Shown here: one piece after another, positions 56,092 to 64,000 of the stretch
Position numbering within the stretch: the first letter of the stretch is position 1
How the letters are laid out: every line of letters starts with the position of its first letter
Assembly: GCA_963739065.1 (NCBI GenBank)
Contig: CAVTYV010000004.1
Span: forward strand, 193,677-257,676
DNA from: an uncultured Actinomycetes bacterium
GTDB lineage: Bacteria > Actinomycetota > Thermoleophilia > Gaiellales > Gaiellaceae
Length of the DNA stretch: 64,000 nt
Reading direction: 5' to 3'
Made by a program: the position numbers and the translations under genes
Notes under the pieces: generated by a model
The model's input: the letters and a program-made list of their open reading frames with translations, nothing else
The model's database searches: none
Told to the model about the DNA's origin: nothing

Positions 56092-57249
56092 CTACTGCAG
56101 GGTAGGGCGCGCGCGAACTGCGAGCGGGTGGGTGAGGGCCGTCGTGGTGACGCGCTCCGCGCCGACCTCGAGGTAGCTCTCCACGGCCGAGGCGGCGCGC
56201 TCACCGGCGTGGCCGTCCCAGAGCGGTGGAGGCCCGGCCGGAACGATCTCGTCGAGGAGCGCGGGCACTTCGTCGATCCGGGCAGGCTCGAGCCCGAGGA
56301 CCGTGTTGGTGCCGTGAGTGACCGTCACGGGCCGCTCGGTGTTCTCGCGTAGCGTGAAGCACGGAATCCCGAGGGCCGTCGTCTCCTCCTGGACGCCGCC
56401 CGAATCCGTGAGCACCGCGGCTGCGCCCACCTCGAGCGAGACGAAGCGCCTGTAGGCCAACGGCGTCGTGACTGTCAGGCGTTTCGAGGCGACGAACCCG
56501 AGGTTGGATAGCCGCTCGAGCGTGCGCGGATGAACAGGGAAGATGACCGGCAGGCTGCGTGCCACGCGCTCGAGCGCGGCCATCGTTTCGAGCAGCAGGC
56601 CCGGGTCGTCGACGAGCGCCGGCCGGTGGAGGGTGACGAGCAGGTACTCCCGGCAGCGGAGGCCGTAACGGCGCCACGCCCCCATGGAGCGGGCGCGGTC
56701 GACCGTGTTGAGGAGCGAGTCGATCATCGTGTTCCCGACGAAGGCGATCCGGTTCTCCGGAATTCCCTCGCGGGCGAGGTTGTCGTTGGCCACTGCCGAG
56801 TGGGTCAGGAGGAGGGACGAGATGTGGTCGGTGAGCCGACGGTTGTGCTCCTCCGGCATCTCCCAGTCGAAGCTTCGGAGCCCGGCCTCGAGGTGGCAGA
56901 CCGGCGTGTGGAGCTTCACCGCGGCAAGGGCGGCCGCGAGCGTCGAGTTGACGTCGCCGGGGACGATGAGGAGGTCGGGACGGAGGTCGAGCAGCACCTG
57001 CTCGATGCCGGTTAGCGCTCGCGCCGTCTGTTCCCCGTGGGCTCCAGATCCGACCGCGAGCTGAATGTGCGGCCGTGGGAGGGGGAGCTCCGCGAAGAAG
57101 ACGTCCTTGACGATCGCGTCGTAGTGCTGACCCGTGTGTACGAGGCGCTGCTCGACGTGCCCGCTTTCGGCCAGCGCCGCGTAGAGCGGCGCCACCTTCA
57201 TGTAGTTGGGGCGCGCGCCGACGACGTGGAGGACGAGCTTCCGCTTCAT
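56092..57249 (-). CDS. wecB: UDP-N-acetylglucosamine 2-epimerase (non-hydrolysing)
   Basis: GARPNYMK, HLEAGLRS and DSGGVQEE motifs. 385 aa. Confidence 0.9.
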   Translation of the reverse strand: MKRKLVLHVVGARPNYMKVAPLYAALAESGHVEQRLVHTGQHYDAIVKDVFFAELPLPRPHIQLAVGSGAHGEQTARALTGIEQVLLDLRPDLLIVPGDVNSTLAAALAAVKLHTPVCHLEAGLRSFDWEMPEEHNRRLTDHISSLLLTHSAVANDNLAREGIPENRIAFVGNTMIDSLLNTVDRARSMGAWRRYGLRCREYLLVTLHRPALVDDPGLLLETMAALERVARSLPVIFPVHPRTLERLSNLGFVASKRLTVTTPLAYRRFVSLEVGAAAVLTDSGGVQEETTALGIPCFTLRENTERPVTVTHGTNTVLGLEPARIDEVPALLDEIVPAGPPPLWDGHAGERAASAVESYLEVGAERVTTTALTHPLAVRARPTLQ

Positions 57250-57252
57250 CTC

Positions 57253-58722
57253 CTAGTACGCACCCCGCTTCCCGAGGACGACGGGAATCGTTTGACAGAG
57301 GATCTTCAGGTCCCACCAGAGGGACCAGTTCGTCACATAGAGGTAGTCGAGCTTGGTCATCTCCTCGAAGGGAAGATCGTTGCGGCCGAGCACCTGCCAG
57401 AGGCCGGTGATTCCCGGCGTCATGTCGAGCCGGCGGCTCGCCCAGCCGGTGATCTGATCCGCCTCGTAGACGACGAACGGGCGGGGGCCGACGAGGCTCA
57501 TCTCGCCCTTGAGCACGTTCCAGAGCTGGGGCAGTTCGTCGAGGCTCGTCCGCCGGAGGAACGCCCCTACCCGGGTGACGCGGGGGTCTTTGCCCTTGAT
57601 CTTGAAGAGCGGCCCGTCCACCTCGTTCATGTGGAGGACCTCGCTTCGCTGCGTCTCCGCGCCGATCGCCATCGTCCGGAACTTCGCGATCCGGAAGGTG
57701 CAGCCCATTCGCCCTCGCCGGGGCTGCCGGTAGACGGCCGGGCCGGGACTGTCGAGCTTGACGGCAACTGCGATCGCCGCGAGGACGGGGGAGATGAGCA
57801 GGAGCGCGACGCCCGAGACGGCGACGTCGAAGCTGCGCTTCAGGAGCCTCGAGCTGCGCCCGAGGCGCATCGGCGGAAGCGTCACGACCGGCATGCCCTC
57901 GATGTCGTCGAGGGTGGCGTGCGAAGTGAAGATCTCGAAGTAGCGCGGCACGATCGAGACGTGGACGTCCGGCCGCCGGACAGTCCGCACGAGGTCGAGC
58001 ATCTCCTCGTGGCTCGCGATCGAGGAGGCGAGGAGGACGCGGTCGATCTCGAACTCGTCCACCACCTGCGCGATGTCGTCGGCGGCGCCGAGGATCGGGC
58101 CCGGCACGTCCTCGCTCTCCCGGCCTCCCGCAAGGAAGCCGACGACCTCGAGCCCGTACTCCGGGTGAGCCTGGAGCTTCCGGTACACGAGCCGCGCGTC
58201 GTGTCCCCCGCCGACGACGAGCGTTCGCCTCGGGCTCATGACGCGCGGGAAGACCCAGCTGCGGATCGAGCCGCGGACGATGGGAACCAGGACGAGGGCG
58301 GCTGTGATGAAGAACAGCGCTTCGACCGCGGTGTACACCCACCAGTCGAAGAAGAAATCGACTCCCTGGGACAGGATGAGGAAGCCGAGCGAACCGGCGA
58401 GCATCGCGTGGAAGAGGTCGCGCACTTCGTCGAAGCTCGCGATCGAGATCTTCAGATTGTCGTTTTCGTACAAGTGGTAGGCGGTGAAGACGGCGAGCCA
58501 GATCGGGCCCGCCACAACCGCGAGCGAGACGAGGAACCAGCCCGGAGCCGAGATGGGCGGGAGCGCCCCGAGCCAGTCGCTGGCGATGTACGTCACGACA
58601 TAGGCCACGACCAGCGCGGCGAGGTCCCCTGTCGCGAGGATCCAGGTGCGGCCGCTGTGAAGCAGCCCCTGCTCCGGCACGGCCTGGGGCCGTGAAAGGA
58701 TTTGCTTGGTCCCGATTTCCAT
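57253..58722 (-). CDS. polyprenyl-phosphate sugar phosphotransferase (WbaP/exopolysaccharide initiating transferase)
   Basis: N-terminal TM bundle and a C-terminal bacterial sugar transferase domain (KRSFDV..., LDELPQLWNVLKGEMSLVGPRP). Confidence 0.85.
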   Translation of the reverse strand: MEIGTKQILSRPQAVPEQGLLHSGRTWILATGDLAALVVAYVVTYIASDWLGALPPISAPGWFLVSLAVVAGPIWLAVFTAYHLYENDNLKISIASFDEVRDLFHAMLAGSLGFLILSQGVDFFFDWWVYTAVEALFFITAALVLVPIVRGSIRSWVFPRVMSPRRTLVVGGGHDARLVYRKLQAHPEYGLEVVGFLAGGRESEDVPGPILGAADDIAQVVDEFEIDRVLLASSIASHEEMLDLVRTVRRPDVHVSIVPRYFEIFTSHATLDDIEGMPVVTLPPMRLGRSSRLLKRSFDVAVSGVALLLISPVLAAIAVAVKLDSPGPAVYRQPRRGRMGCTFRIAKFRTMAIGAETQRSEVLHMNEVDGPLFKIKGKDPRVTRVGAFLRRTSLDELPQLWNVLKGEMSLVGPRPFVVYEADQITGWASRRLDMTPGITGLWQVLGRNDLPFEEMTKLDYLYVTNWSLWWDLKILCQTIPVVLGKRGAY

Positions 58723-58820
58723 GGTTTTCGCAGCGCTCGCGCGCCCGTGGAAGTGAGCGTATGACCCGGATACGGGTCACTTGAAGACCAGAAAACGAAA
58801 ACCCACCGAGCGGCGAGGGA

Positions 58821-58836
58821 CTAACCAATCGGTGAG
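58821..58836. promoter_or_regulatory. imperfect palindrome CTAACCAATCGGTGAG shared with 52835-52850
   Basis: It lies in the divergent region between the sugar transferase (-) and the membrane protein (+). The arms CTAACC and GGTGAG are 5/6 complementary around AATC. Confidence 0.4.
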
Positions 58837-60018
58837 TTGCCCGCCACGGGGGATCGAGGGAGCATCAAGTACGTGCGAAACCTCGCGGTCCTCTGCACAG
58901 CGGGCGCGCTCGCCGCGATCGCCTGCGTGAACATCTGGCCCGCCACGGGCGACCCAGTCACGTGGACGCCCGATGCGCTCTTCTACCAGGCGCGGCTGCT
59001 CGAGATCCGCGGCGCCGACCACGACGAGGCCATCGCGAGGACATTCGGCGGCCCCCTTTCGGCGGAGCTCCGGGCCCGCGATCCACTGCACACAGGTAAC
59101 CCCACCTGGGTCGCCTACAACGAGCGCTTCTACGAGCGGCGGATCGCGGTACCGGTTGCCGGCGCCGCTCTCTATCCCGCCGGCCACGACCGCTCGCTGC
59201 TCGACATCTCTCTCGCGGGCTATGTGGCGGCCGTCCTCGCCGTCTTCGGGCTATTGCTGCTGCGGTTCAGGCTCGTCGTCGCCGCCGGAGCGGCGCTTGC
59301 GACGCTCTTCTTGCCGCCGCTCGTGAATCACTCCTCGTTTCCGCTCACGGACAGCTGGGGGCTCGCTCTCGAGGCGACGGCCTTCGCAGCGGCGATTCTC
59401 ACGCTCGACCGCGGCCGACGCTGGCTCGCGCTCTGGGTTCCGGTCATCATCGTCCTCTCCCTCACGCGGGACAGCACCTGGATCCCCGTCCTCGCGATCG
59501 GCTGGTGCGCTTGGCGCTTGCGGTCTAGAAGCGCGCTCTGGCTCTTCGGCACGGGGGTGGCCGCGGCTCTCCCCGCTCTCCTGCTCTTCCGGATTCCCGT
59601 ACAGAACCTGCTCGCGTTGCTCGTCAACGACTCGAACCTCCCGTCGGACACGTCGTGGTCGTTCATCGCCCGCCACTACCCCGGCGCGGTCGTCGACCTG
59701 ATTCGTGCGAACGCGGGCTTCCTGCGGGACGGCGAGTGGTACACCGCTCTCTACTTCCTCGGCGCGGGGCTCTCGCTCGTGCTGTGTCTCATCTGGCTGC
59801 GCCGGCGAGATCCTGTGACGCTGCTGATGGCAGCGGGCGCGGTTCTCTCAGTGCTCTATGTCGTCGCGGCGCCGGCGTTCAGCGCGTTTCGCCTCGAGCT
59901 CGCATTCGTGCCGATGGCTGCCTACGCCATCGCCCTCGCGATCGAGGCTGCCGTGGCGCGCATCGCCGGCAGAGCGCCCGCCGGGGAACACGTCGCGGTC
60001 GGTTCGCCGCGGCCCTAG
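58837..60018 (+). CDS. integral membrane protein (polymerase or GT-C-like role possible, family not identified)
   Basis: 393-aa ORF with many hydrophobic segments in an EPS cluster context. The start is uncertain (TTG 58837 or GTG 58873). Confidence 0.5.
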   Translation: MPATGDRGSIKYVRNLAVLCTAGALAAIACVNIWPATGDPVTWTPDALFYQARLLEIRGADHDEAIARTFGGPLSAELRARDPLHTGNPTWVAYNERFYERRIAVPVAGAALYPAGHDRSLLDISLAGYVAAVLAVFGLLLLRFRLVVAAGAALATLFLPPLVNHSSFPLTDSWGLALEATAFAAAILTLDRGRRWLALWVPVIIVLSLTRDSTWIPVLAIGWCAWRLRSRSALWLFGTGVAAALPALLLFRIPVQNLLALLVNDSNLPSDTSWSFIARHYPGAVVDLIRANAGFLRDGEWYTALYFLGAGLSLVLCLIWLRRRDPVTLLMAAGAVLSVLYVVAAPAFSAFRLELAFVPMAAYAIALAIEAAVARIAGRAPAGEHVAVGSPRP

Positions 60019-60152
60019 CGGCTCCCGCTGCCCATAGGCAAACCGCGGCCTCGACCTATGGGTAGGTGCAGCCTGCACTTCGGGGCGTTGCCCCACAGGC
60101 CCTGAAAACGGGATAAATCCTAATACCGGCGAGCCTCGCCGGGCTCAGTGAC

Positions 60153-63100
60153 GTGCGGACCGCAGCGGCCCAAACCAACCGCCTCTGGCGGCTGACCCGA
60201 ACAACCCTCTGGCAGCGCTCCGCGCTCGCCGCCGGAATCATCGTCCTGGGCTTGATTCAGCTTGCCGGCTCGCAAGCGGCAGTCAGCGCGACGCCGGATG
60301 AGGTCGGGCAGTGGAGCGCGCCGGTCGCCTGGCCGCTCGTCGCCGTCCACATGTCCCTCGAACCCGACGGCCGGGTGTTCACGCTCGACGGGTTCGACGC
60401 AGCGCTGAACTCCGAACGGCTTTGGAACCCCGTCAACGGAACGTTCACCGCGGTTCCGTACAGCCGGAATCTCTTCTGCGCCGGCCACGTCCAGCTCGCG
60501 GACGGCCGCACGCTCATCGTGGGCGGCCACATCACAGCGAACTCGGGTCTCGCGGACACGACGATCTTCGATTCGCGGACGAACACGTACTTCCGCGGGC
60601 GCGACATGTCGGTGGGCCGCTGGTATCCGACCGCGACGGTGCTGCCCGACGGCCGCGTTCTGGCCTTCTCGGGCGACAACATCGTCCAGGACCGGCCCGG
60701 CGCAACGCATCCCTTCTCGGACGCCTCGGTTGACTCGCTCCCCTCTGTCTACGACCCGAAGACGAACACCTGGACGGACCTGACGGCTGCGACGCTGACG
60801 TCCCCGCTCTACCCATTCATGTTCGTGCTGTCGGACGGTCGCGTCTTCGACGCAGGCCCCGATACGACGACTCGCATCCTCGACGTCGGGACGTCCACGT
60901 GGACGACGGTGGGAACCAGCCCGATCGACGGCATGAGCGCGGTCATGTACCGGCCCAACAAGATCATGAAGGCCGGCACATGGGCCGACCCGGACTGGAA
61001 CGGAGCGCTCGCGTACAACGCCGCAGGCGGCACGGCGGTCATCGACATGAGCGCTCCCACGCCTACGTGGCGCTCGACCGCGCCGATGGCGTTCGGGCGC
61101 TCGTACCACAACCTCACCCTGCTTCCCGACGGAACCGTCCTCGCGAGCGGCGGCATGTCCGGGTCGGATGGGACCGATCTCACCAAGGCCGTGCTTCCGG
61201 CCGAGATCTGGGATCCGGACACGGAGACGTGGACGACGGTCGCCTCGCTCCAGAACGGCCGGGAGTACCACTCGACGGCCCTCCTCCTGCTCGACGGCCG
61301 CGTGCTCATGGCAGGCGGCGGCGCTCTGCCGGGCCGGGCCACCGACCAGAAGAACGCGGAGATCTACTCGCCTTCGTACCTGTTCAAGGGAGCGCGCCCG
61401 ACGATCTCGTCGGCTCCCTTGTCGGCCACCTACGGCTCTTCCTTCGACATCCAGACTCCGGACGCCGCCCAGATCACGAAGGTCTCCCTGGTCAGGTCGC
61501 CTTCGGTGACGCACGGGTTCGACCAGAACCAGCGCTTCCAGTTCCTCAACTTCACTCAAGGCGCCGGGAAGATCACCGTGCAGGCGCCGGCGAATGCGAA
61601 TCTGGCGCCGCCGGGCGACTACATGCTGTTCATCCTCAACGGCTCGAAGGTCCCCTCCACCGGGGTGATGATGTCCGTCTCCGCGCCGGTCGACTCGGCG
61701 CCGCCGACGGCTCCCTCGAACCTCCAGGCGGCCAGCGCGCCGGGGCAGGCGTCGCTCACGTGGACCGCGGCGACCGACGACGTGGGCGTCGCCCATTACA
61801 ACGTGCACCGCGGCACTACGAGCGGGTTCACCCCTACGGCCGCGAACCGGATCGCGCAGCCGGTCGGCACGAACTACACGGATGCCAGCCTCAGCGCGGG
61901 CACCTACTTCTACAAGGTCACCGCGGAGGACGTGGCCGGCAACGTCGGTCCGGCGTCGAACGAGGCGAGTGCGACGATCGTCGGCGGGCCGGCGATCGCT
62001 TCGTACGGGTTCGAGGAGGGGACCGGTTCGACCACGGTCGACATATCCGGCAACAGCAACAACGGGACGATCTCCAACGCGACGTGGTCCACAGCCGGGA
62101 AATTCGGAAAGGCGCTCTCCTTCAACGGCACGAACGCGTCCGTCTCGATCCCCGACTCGAGCTTGCTGGACCTCACGACGGGAATGACGATCGAAGGCTG
62201 GGTCAACCCGGCCGCGAGCGGCGGCTTCCGGACGATGATGGTGAAGGAGCGGCCCGGCGACCTCGTGTACGGCCTCTACTCGAGCTCGGACACGAACCGC
62301 CCGCAGTCGCAGGTCACGGTCGGGGGAACGGCGCGGCTTTTGAACGCGACCGCCACGATCCCCTCGGGCTCCTGGACCCATCTTGCGGCTACGTACGACG
62401 GGACGACGCAGCGTCTCTACGTCAACGGGACGCAGGTCTCGACGCTCGCCATTTCGGGGACGATTCTCACCTCGAACTCGCCGCTGAAGATCGGCGGAAA
62501 CTCGATCTGGGGCGAGTGGTTCGCCGGGTTGATCGACGAGGTGCGCGTGTACAACCGCGCGCTCACTGCAACGGAGATCCAGGCCGACATGAATGCTCCG
62601 GTCAGCCCACCGGACCCGCTGCCCCCGAGCGCGCCGGGGACGTTGACGGCAACCGGCGGGCTGGGGCAGGTCAACCTGAGCTGGGGAGCCGCGACCGACA
62701 ACCTCGGCGTCGCGAGGTACAACGTCCACCGCTCGACGACTCCGGGATTTACGCCGAGCGCGGGTAACCGGATCGCCCAGCCGACGGGGACGAGCTACAC
62801 CGACTCCGGTCTGGCAGCCGGCACCTACTACTACAAGGTCACTGCTGAAGACGCCGCCGGGAACGTGGGCCCGGTCTCGAATGAGGCGAGCGCGGCGGCG
62901 ACGGCCGATACGACGCCGCCGACGGCGCCGACCAACCTCCTGGCGACGGGAGCACCCCAACAGGTGAGCCTCACATGGACGGCGGCCACCGACGCCGGGG
63001 GAATCGCCCGCTACAACGTCCACCGGAGCACGACGAGCGGCTTCACGCCTTCGGCGGGGAACCGGATCGCTCAGCCCACGGGGACGAGCTACACCGACTC

Positions 63101-64000
63101 CGGTCTGGCAGCCGGCACCTACTACTACAAGGTCACTGCTGAAGACGGCGCGGGCAATGTCGGGCCCGGTTCGAACGAGGCCAGCGCCACCGTGCCCAAC
63201 GGGCCGCCGCCCGGGCTCGTCGCCGCCTACGGCATGGATGCCGGATCCGGCACGACGCTCGCCGACCAGTCGGGCAACGGCAACAACGGCACGCTCGCGA
63301 ACGTGAGCTGGGCCGGGCCCACGGCGGGCAAGTTCGGTAACGCCCTCTCCTTCAACGGGACGAACGCCTCGGTGAGCATCCCCAGCTCGGCCTCGCTCGC
63401 CCTCACGACAGGGATGACGCTCGAGGCCTGGGTGCGCCCGACGACGCTCTCGAACGGGGACTGGAACACGGTCATCTTCCGCGAGCGGCCCGGCTACTAC
63501 GCGGACGCCCTCTATGCCAACACGGGTGCGAACCGTCCCTCGGGCAACATCTACACGAACCTCGACTACGACCTGCGCGGGACGGCCCAGCTACCGCTCG
63601 CCACCTGGACGCACCTCGCCGCCACCTACGACGGCACCGTGTTCGCGCTCTACGTGAACGGGACGCAGGCCGCGACGGTCTTCGCGAGCGGCTCGATCAT
63701 CACCACCACGGGGGCGCTCAAGATCGGCGGCAACGCCATCTGGGGCGAGAACTTCAACGGACTGATCGATGAGGTGCGCATCTACAACCGCGCTCTCACC
63801 GTGGGTCAGATCCAGAGCGACATGAACGCGGCGATCACGAACCCCGATTCGACGCCTCCCTCTGCGCCCGGCACGCTGACGGCGACAGGCGGACTTACGT
63901 CTGCGCAGCTCACTTGGGGCACGGCTACCGACAACGTCGGTGTCGCGCGCTACAACGTCCACCGGTCGACGACCCCGGGCTTCACGCCATCGGCGGCGAA
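60153..64000 (+). CDS. giant secreted galactose/glyoxal-oxidase-like protein with FN3 and LamG (concanavalin-like) modules, 3' end outside the window
   Basis: This frame is open from 60117 to the window end; it is not in the track, presumably because it has no stop. GTG 60153 gives a signal-like N-terminus (SALAAGIIVLGLIQLAGSQAAVSA). It is followed by kelch-type propeller motifs (LFCAGHVQLADGRTLIVGG, VGRWYPTATVLPDGRVL, REYHSTALLLLDGRV). A DUF1929-like end (GDYMLFILNG) follows, then FN3-LamG-FN3-FN3-LamG-FN3. Confidence 0.8.
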   Translation, partial: MRTAAAQTNRLWRLTRTTLWQRSALAAGIIVLGLIQLAGSQAAVSATPDEVGQWSAPVAWPLVAVHMSLEPDGRVFTLDGFDAALNSERLWNPVNGTFTAVPYSRNLFCAGHVQLADGRTLIVGGHITANSGLADTTIFDSRTNTYFRGRDMSVGRWYPTATVLPDGRVLAFSGDNIVQDRPGATHPFSDASVDSLPSVYDPKTNTWTDLTAATLTSPLYPFMFVLSDGRVFDAGPDTTTRILDVGTSTWTTVGTSPIDGMSAVMYRPNKIMKAGTWADPDWNGALAYNAAGGTAVIDMSAPTPTWRSTAPMAFGRSYHNLTLLPDGTVLASGGMSGSDGTDLTKAVLPAEIWDPDTETWTTVASLQNGREYHSTALLLLDGRVLMAGGGALPGRATDQKNAEIYSPSYLFKGARPTISSAPLSATYGSSFDIQTPDAAQITKVSLVRSPSVTHGFDQNQRFQFLNFTQGAGKITVQAPANANLAPPGDYMLFILNGSKVPSTGVMMSVSAPVDSAPPTAPSNLQAASAPGQASLTWTAATDDVGVAHYNVHRGTTSGFTPTAANRIAQPVGTNYTDASLSAGTYFYKVTAEDVAGNVGPASNEASATIVGGPAIASYGFEEGTGSTTVDISGNSNNGTISNATWSTAGKFGKALSFNGTNASVSIPDSSLLDLTTGMTIEGWVNPAASGGFRTMMVKERPGDLVYGLYSSSDTNRPQSQVTVGGTARLLNATATIPSGSWTHLAATYDGTTQRLYVNGTQVSTLAISGTILTSNSPLKIGGNSIWGEWFAGLIDEVRVYNRALTATEIQADMNAPVSPPDPLPPSAPGTLTATGGLGQVNLSWGAATDNLGVARYNVHRSTTPGFTPSAGNRIAQPTGTSYTDSGLAAGTYYYKVTAEDAAGNVGPVSNEASAAATADTTPPTAPTNLLATGAPQQVSLTWTAATDAGGIARYNVHRSTTSGFTPSAGNRIAQPTGTSYTDSGLAAGTYYYKVTAEDGAGNVGPGSNEASATVPNGPPPGLVAAYGMDAGSGTTLADQSGNGNNGTLANVSWAGPTAGKFGNALSFNGTNASVSIPSSASLALTTGMTLEAWVRPTTLSNGDWNTVIFRERPGYYADALYANTGANRPSGNIYTNLDYDLRGTAQLPLATWTHLAATYDGTVFALYVNGTQAATVFASGSIITTTGALKIGGNAIWGENFNGLIDEVRIYNRALTVGQIQSDMNAAITNPDSTPPSAPGTLTATGGLTSAQLTWGTATDNVGVARYNVHRSTTPGFTPSAA
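62783..62852 (+). repeat. 70-nt block identical to 63078-63147 (inside adjacent FN3 modules)
   Basis: ACGGGGACGAGCTACACCGACTCCGGTCTGGCAGCCGGCACCTACTACTACAAGGTCACTGCTGAAGACG is present at both positions. Confidence 0.85.
63078..63147 (+). repeat. second copy of the identical 70-nt block
   Basis: See 62783-62852. The flanks are similar but diverged. Confidence 0.85.

Noticed and set aside
56201-58828. 875-aa minus-strand ORF across wecB and the sugar transferase
   Set aside because: It is out of frame with the two well-supported minus-strand genes (56092-57249 and 57253-58722). It is Arg/Pro/Gly-rich with no motifs.
60120-63023. 967-aa minus-strand ORF, the longest in the track
   Set aside because: It is Arg/Gly/Pro/Asp-rich with no motifs. 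It lies exactly antisense to a plus-strand frame full of recognisable kelch, FN3 and LamG motifs, so it is a typical high-GC shadow ORF.
1-64000. tRNA, rRNA, CRISPR, transposase, integrase and prophage genes
   Set aside because: No T-arm-like GGTTCGAATCC-type sequences, rRNA-like stretches, short direct-repeat arrays or recombinase/transposase motifs were noticed by eye. This was not an exhaustive computational scan.

Overview
Visibly high-GC (not computed), Actinomycetota-like chromosomal window, densely coding on both strands, with about 60 supportable genes. Family names rest on motifs I recognise by eye and were not searched.

Left third: housekeeping and metabolic genes (Lon-N domain protein, hisC, MFS, meaB, ilvA, acyl-CoA dehydrogenase, pepA). 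These are followed by a cyclic-nucleotide-themed stretch: an intracellular S8 peptidase coupled to a GAF protein, an MFS transporter fused to a cNMP-binding domain, and a zinc-ribbon/class III cyclase/STAND ATPase.

Middle: MCC-type acyl-CoA carboxylase genes, an ECF sigma factor with a membrane and Pro-rich tail, and a complete trpE-G-D-CF-B-A operon with a Trp-rich leader peptide and terminator. Thiolase, hbd and acd genes and a PduO adenosyltransferase are also here.

Right third (accessory): a TasA-like/SipW-type signal peptidase operon with two giant Ig-repeat surface proteins, an ICM-type B12 acyl-CoA mutase large subunit, and an exopolysaccharide cluster. The window ends in the first 3.8 kb of a giant secreted galactose/glyoxal-oxidase-like FN3/LamG protein.

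Main non-coding signals:
- A ~150 nt repeat present twice in inverted orientation (17979-18130 and 39165-39314), whose few substitutions preserve base pairing.
- A ~300 nt structured convergent intergenic region (50106-50402).
- A shared imperfect palindrome in both divergent promoter regions of the EPS cluster.

Roughly twenty reading-frame breaks interrupt otherwise conserved genes, about two thirds of them at 42.0-45.6 kb. This points to indel errors and/or pseudogenisation. No rRNA, tRNA, CRISPR array, transposase or integrase was recognised.
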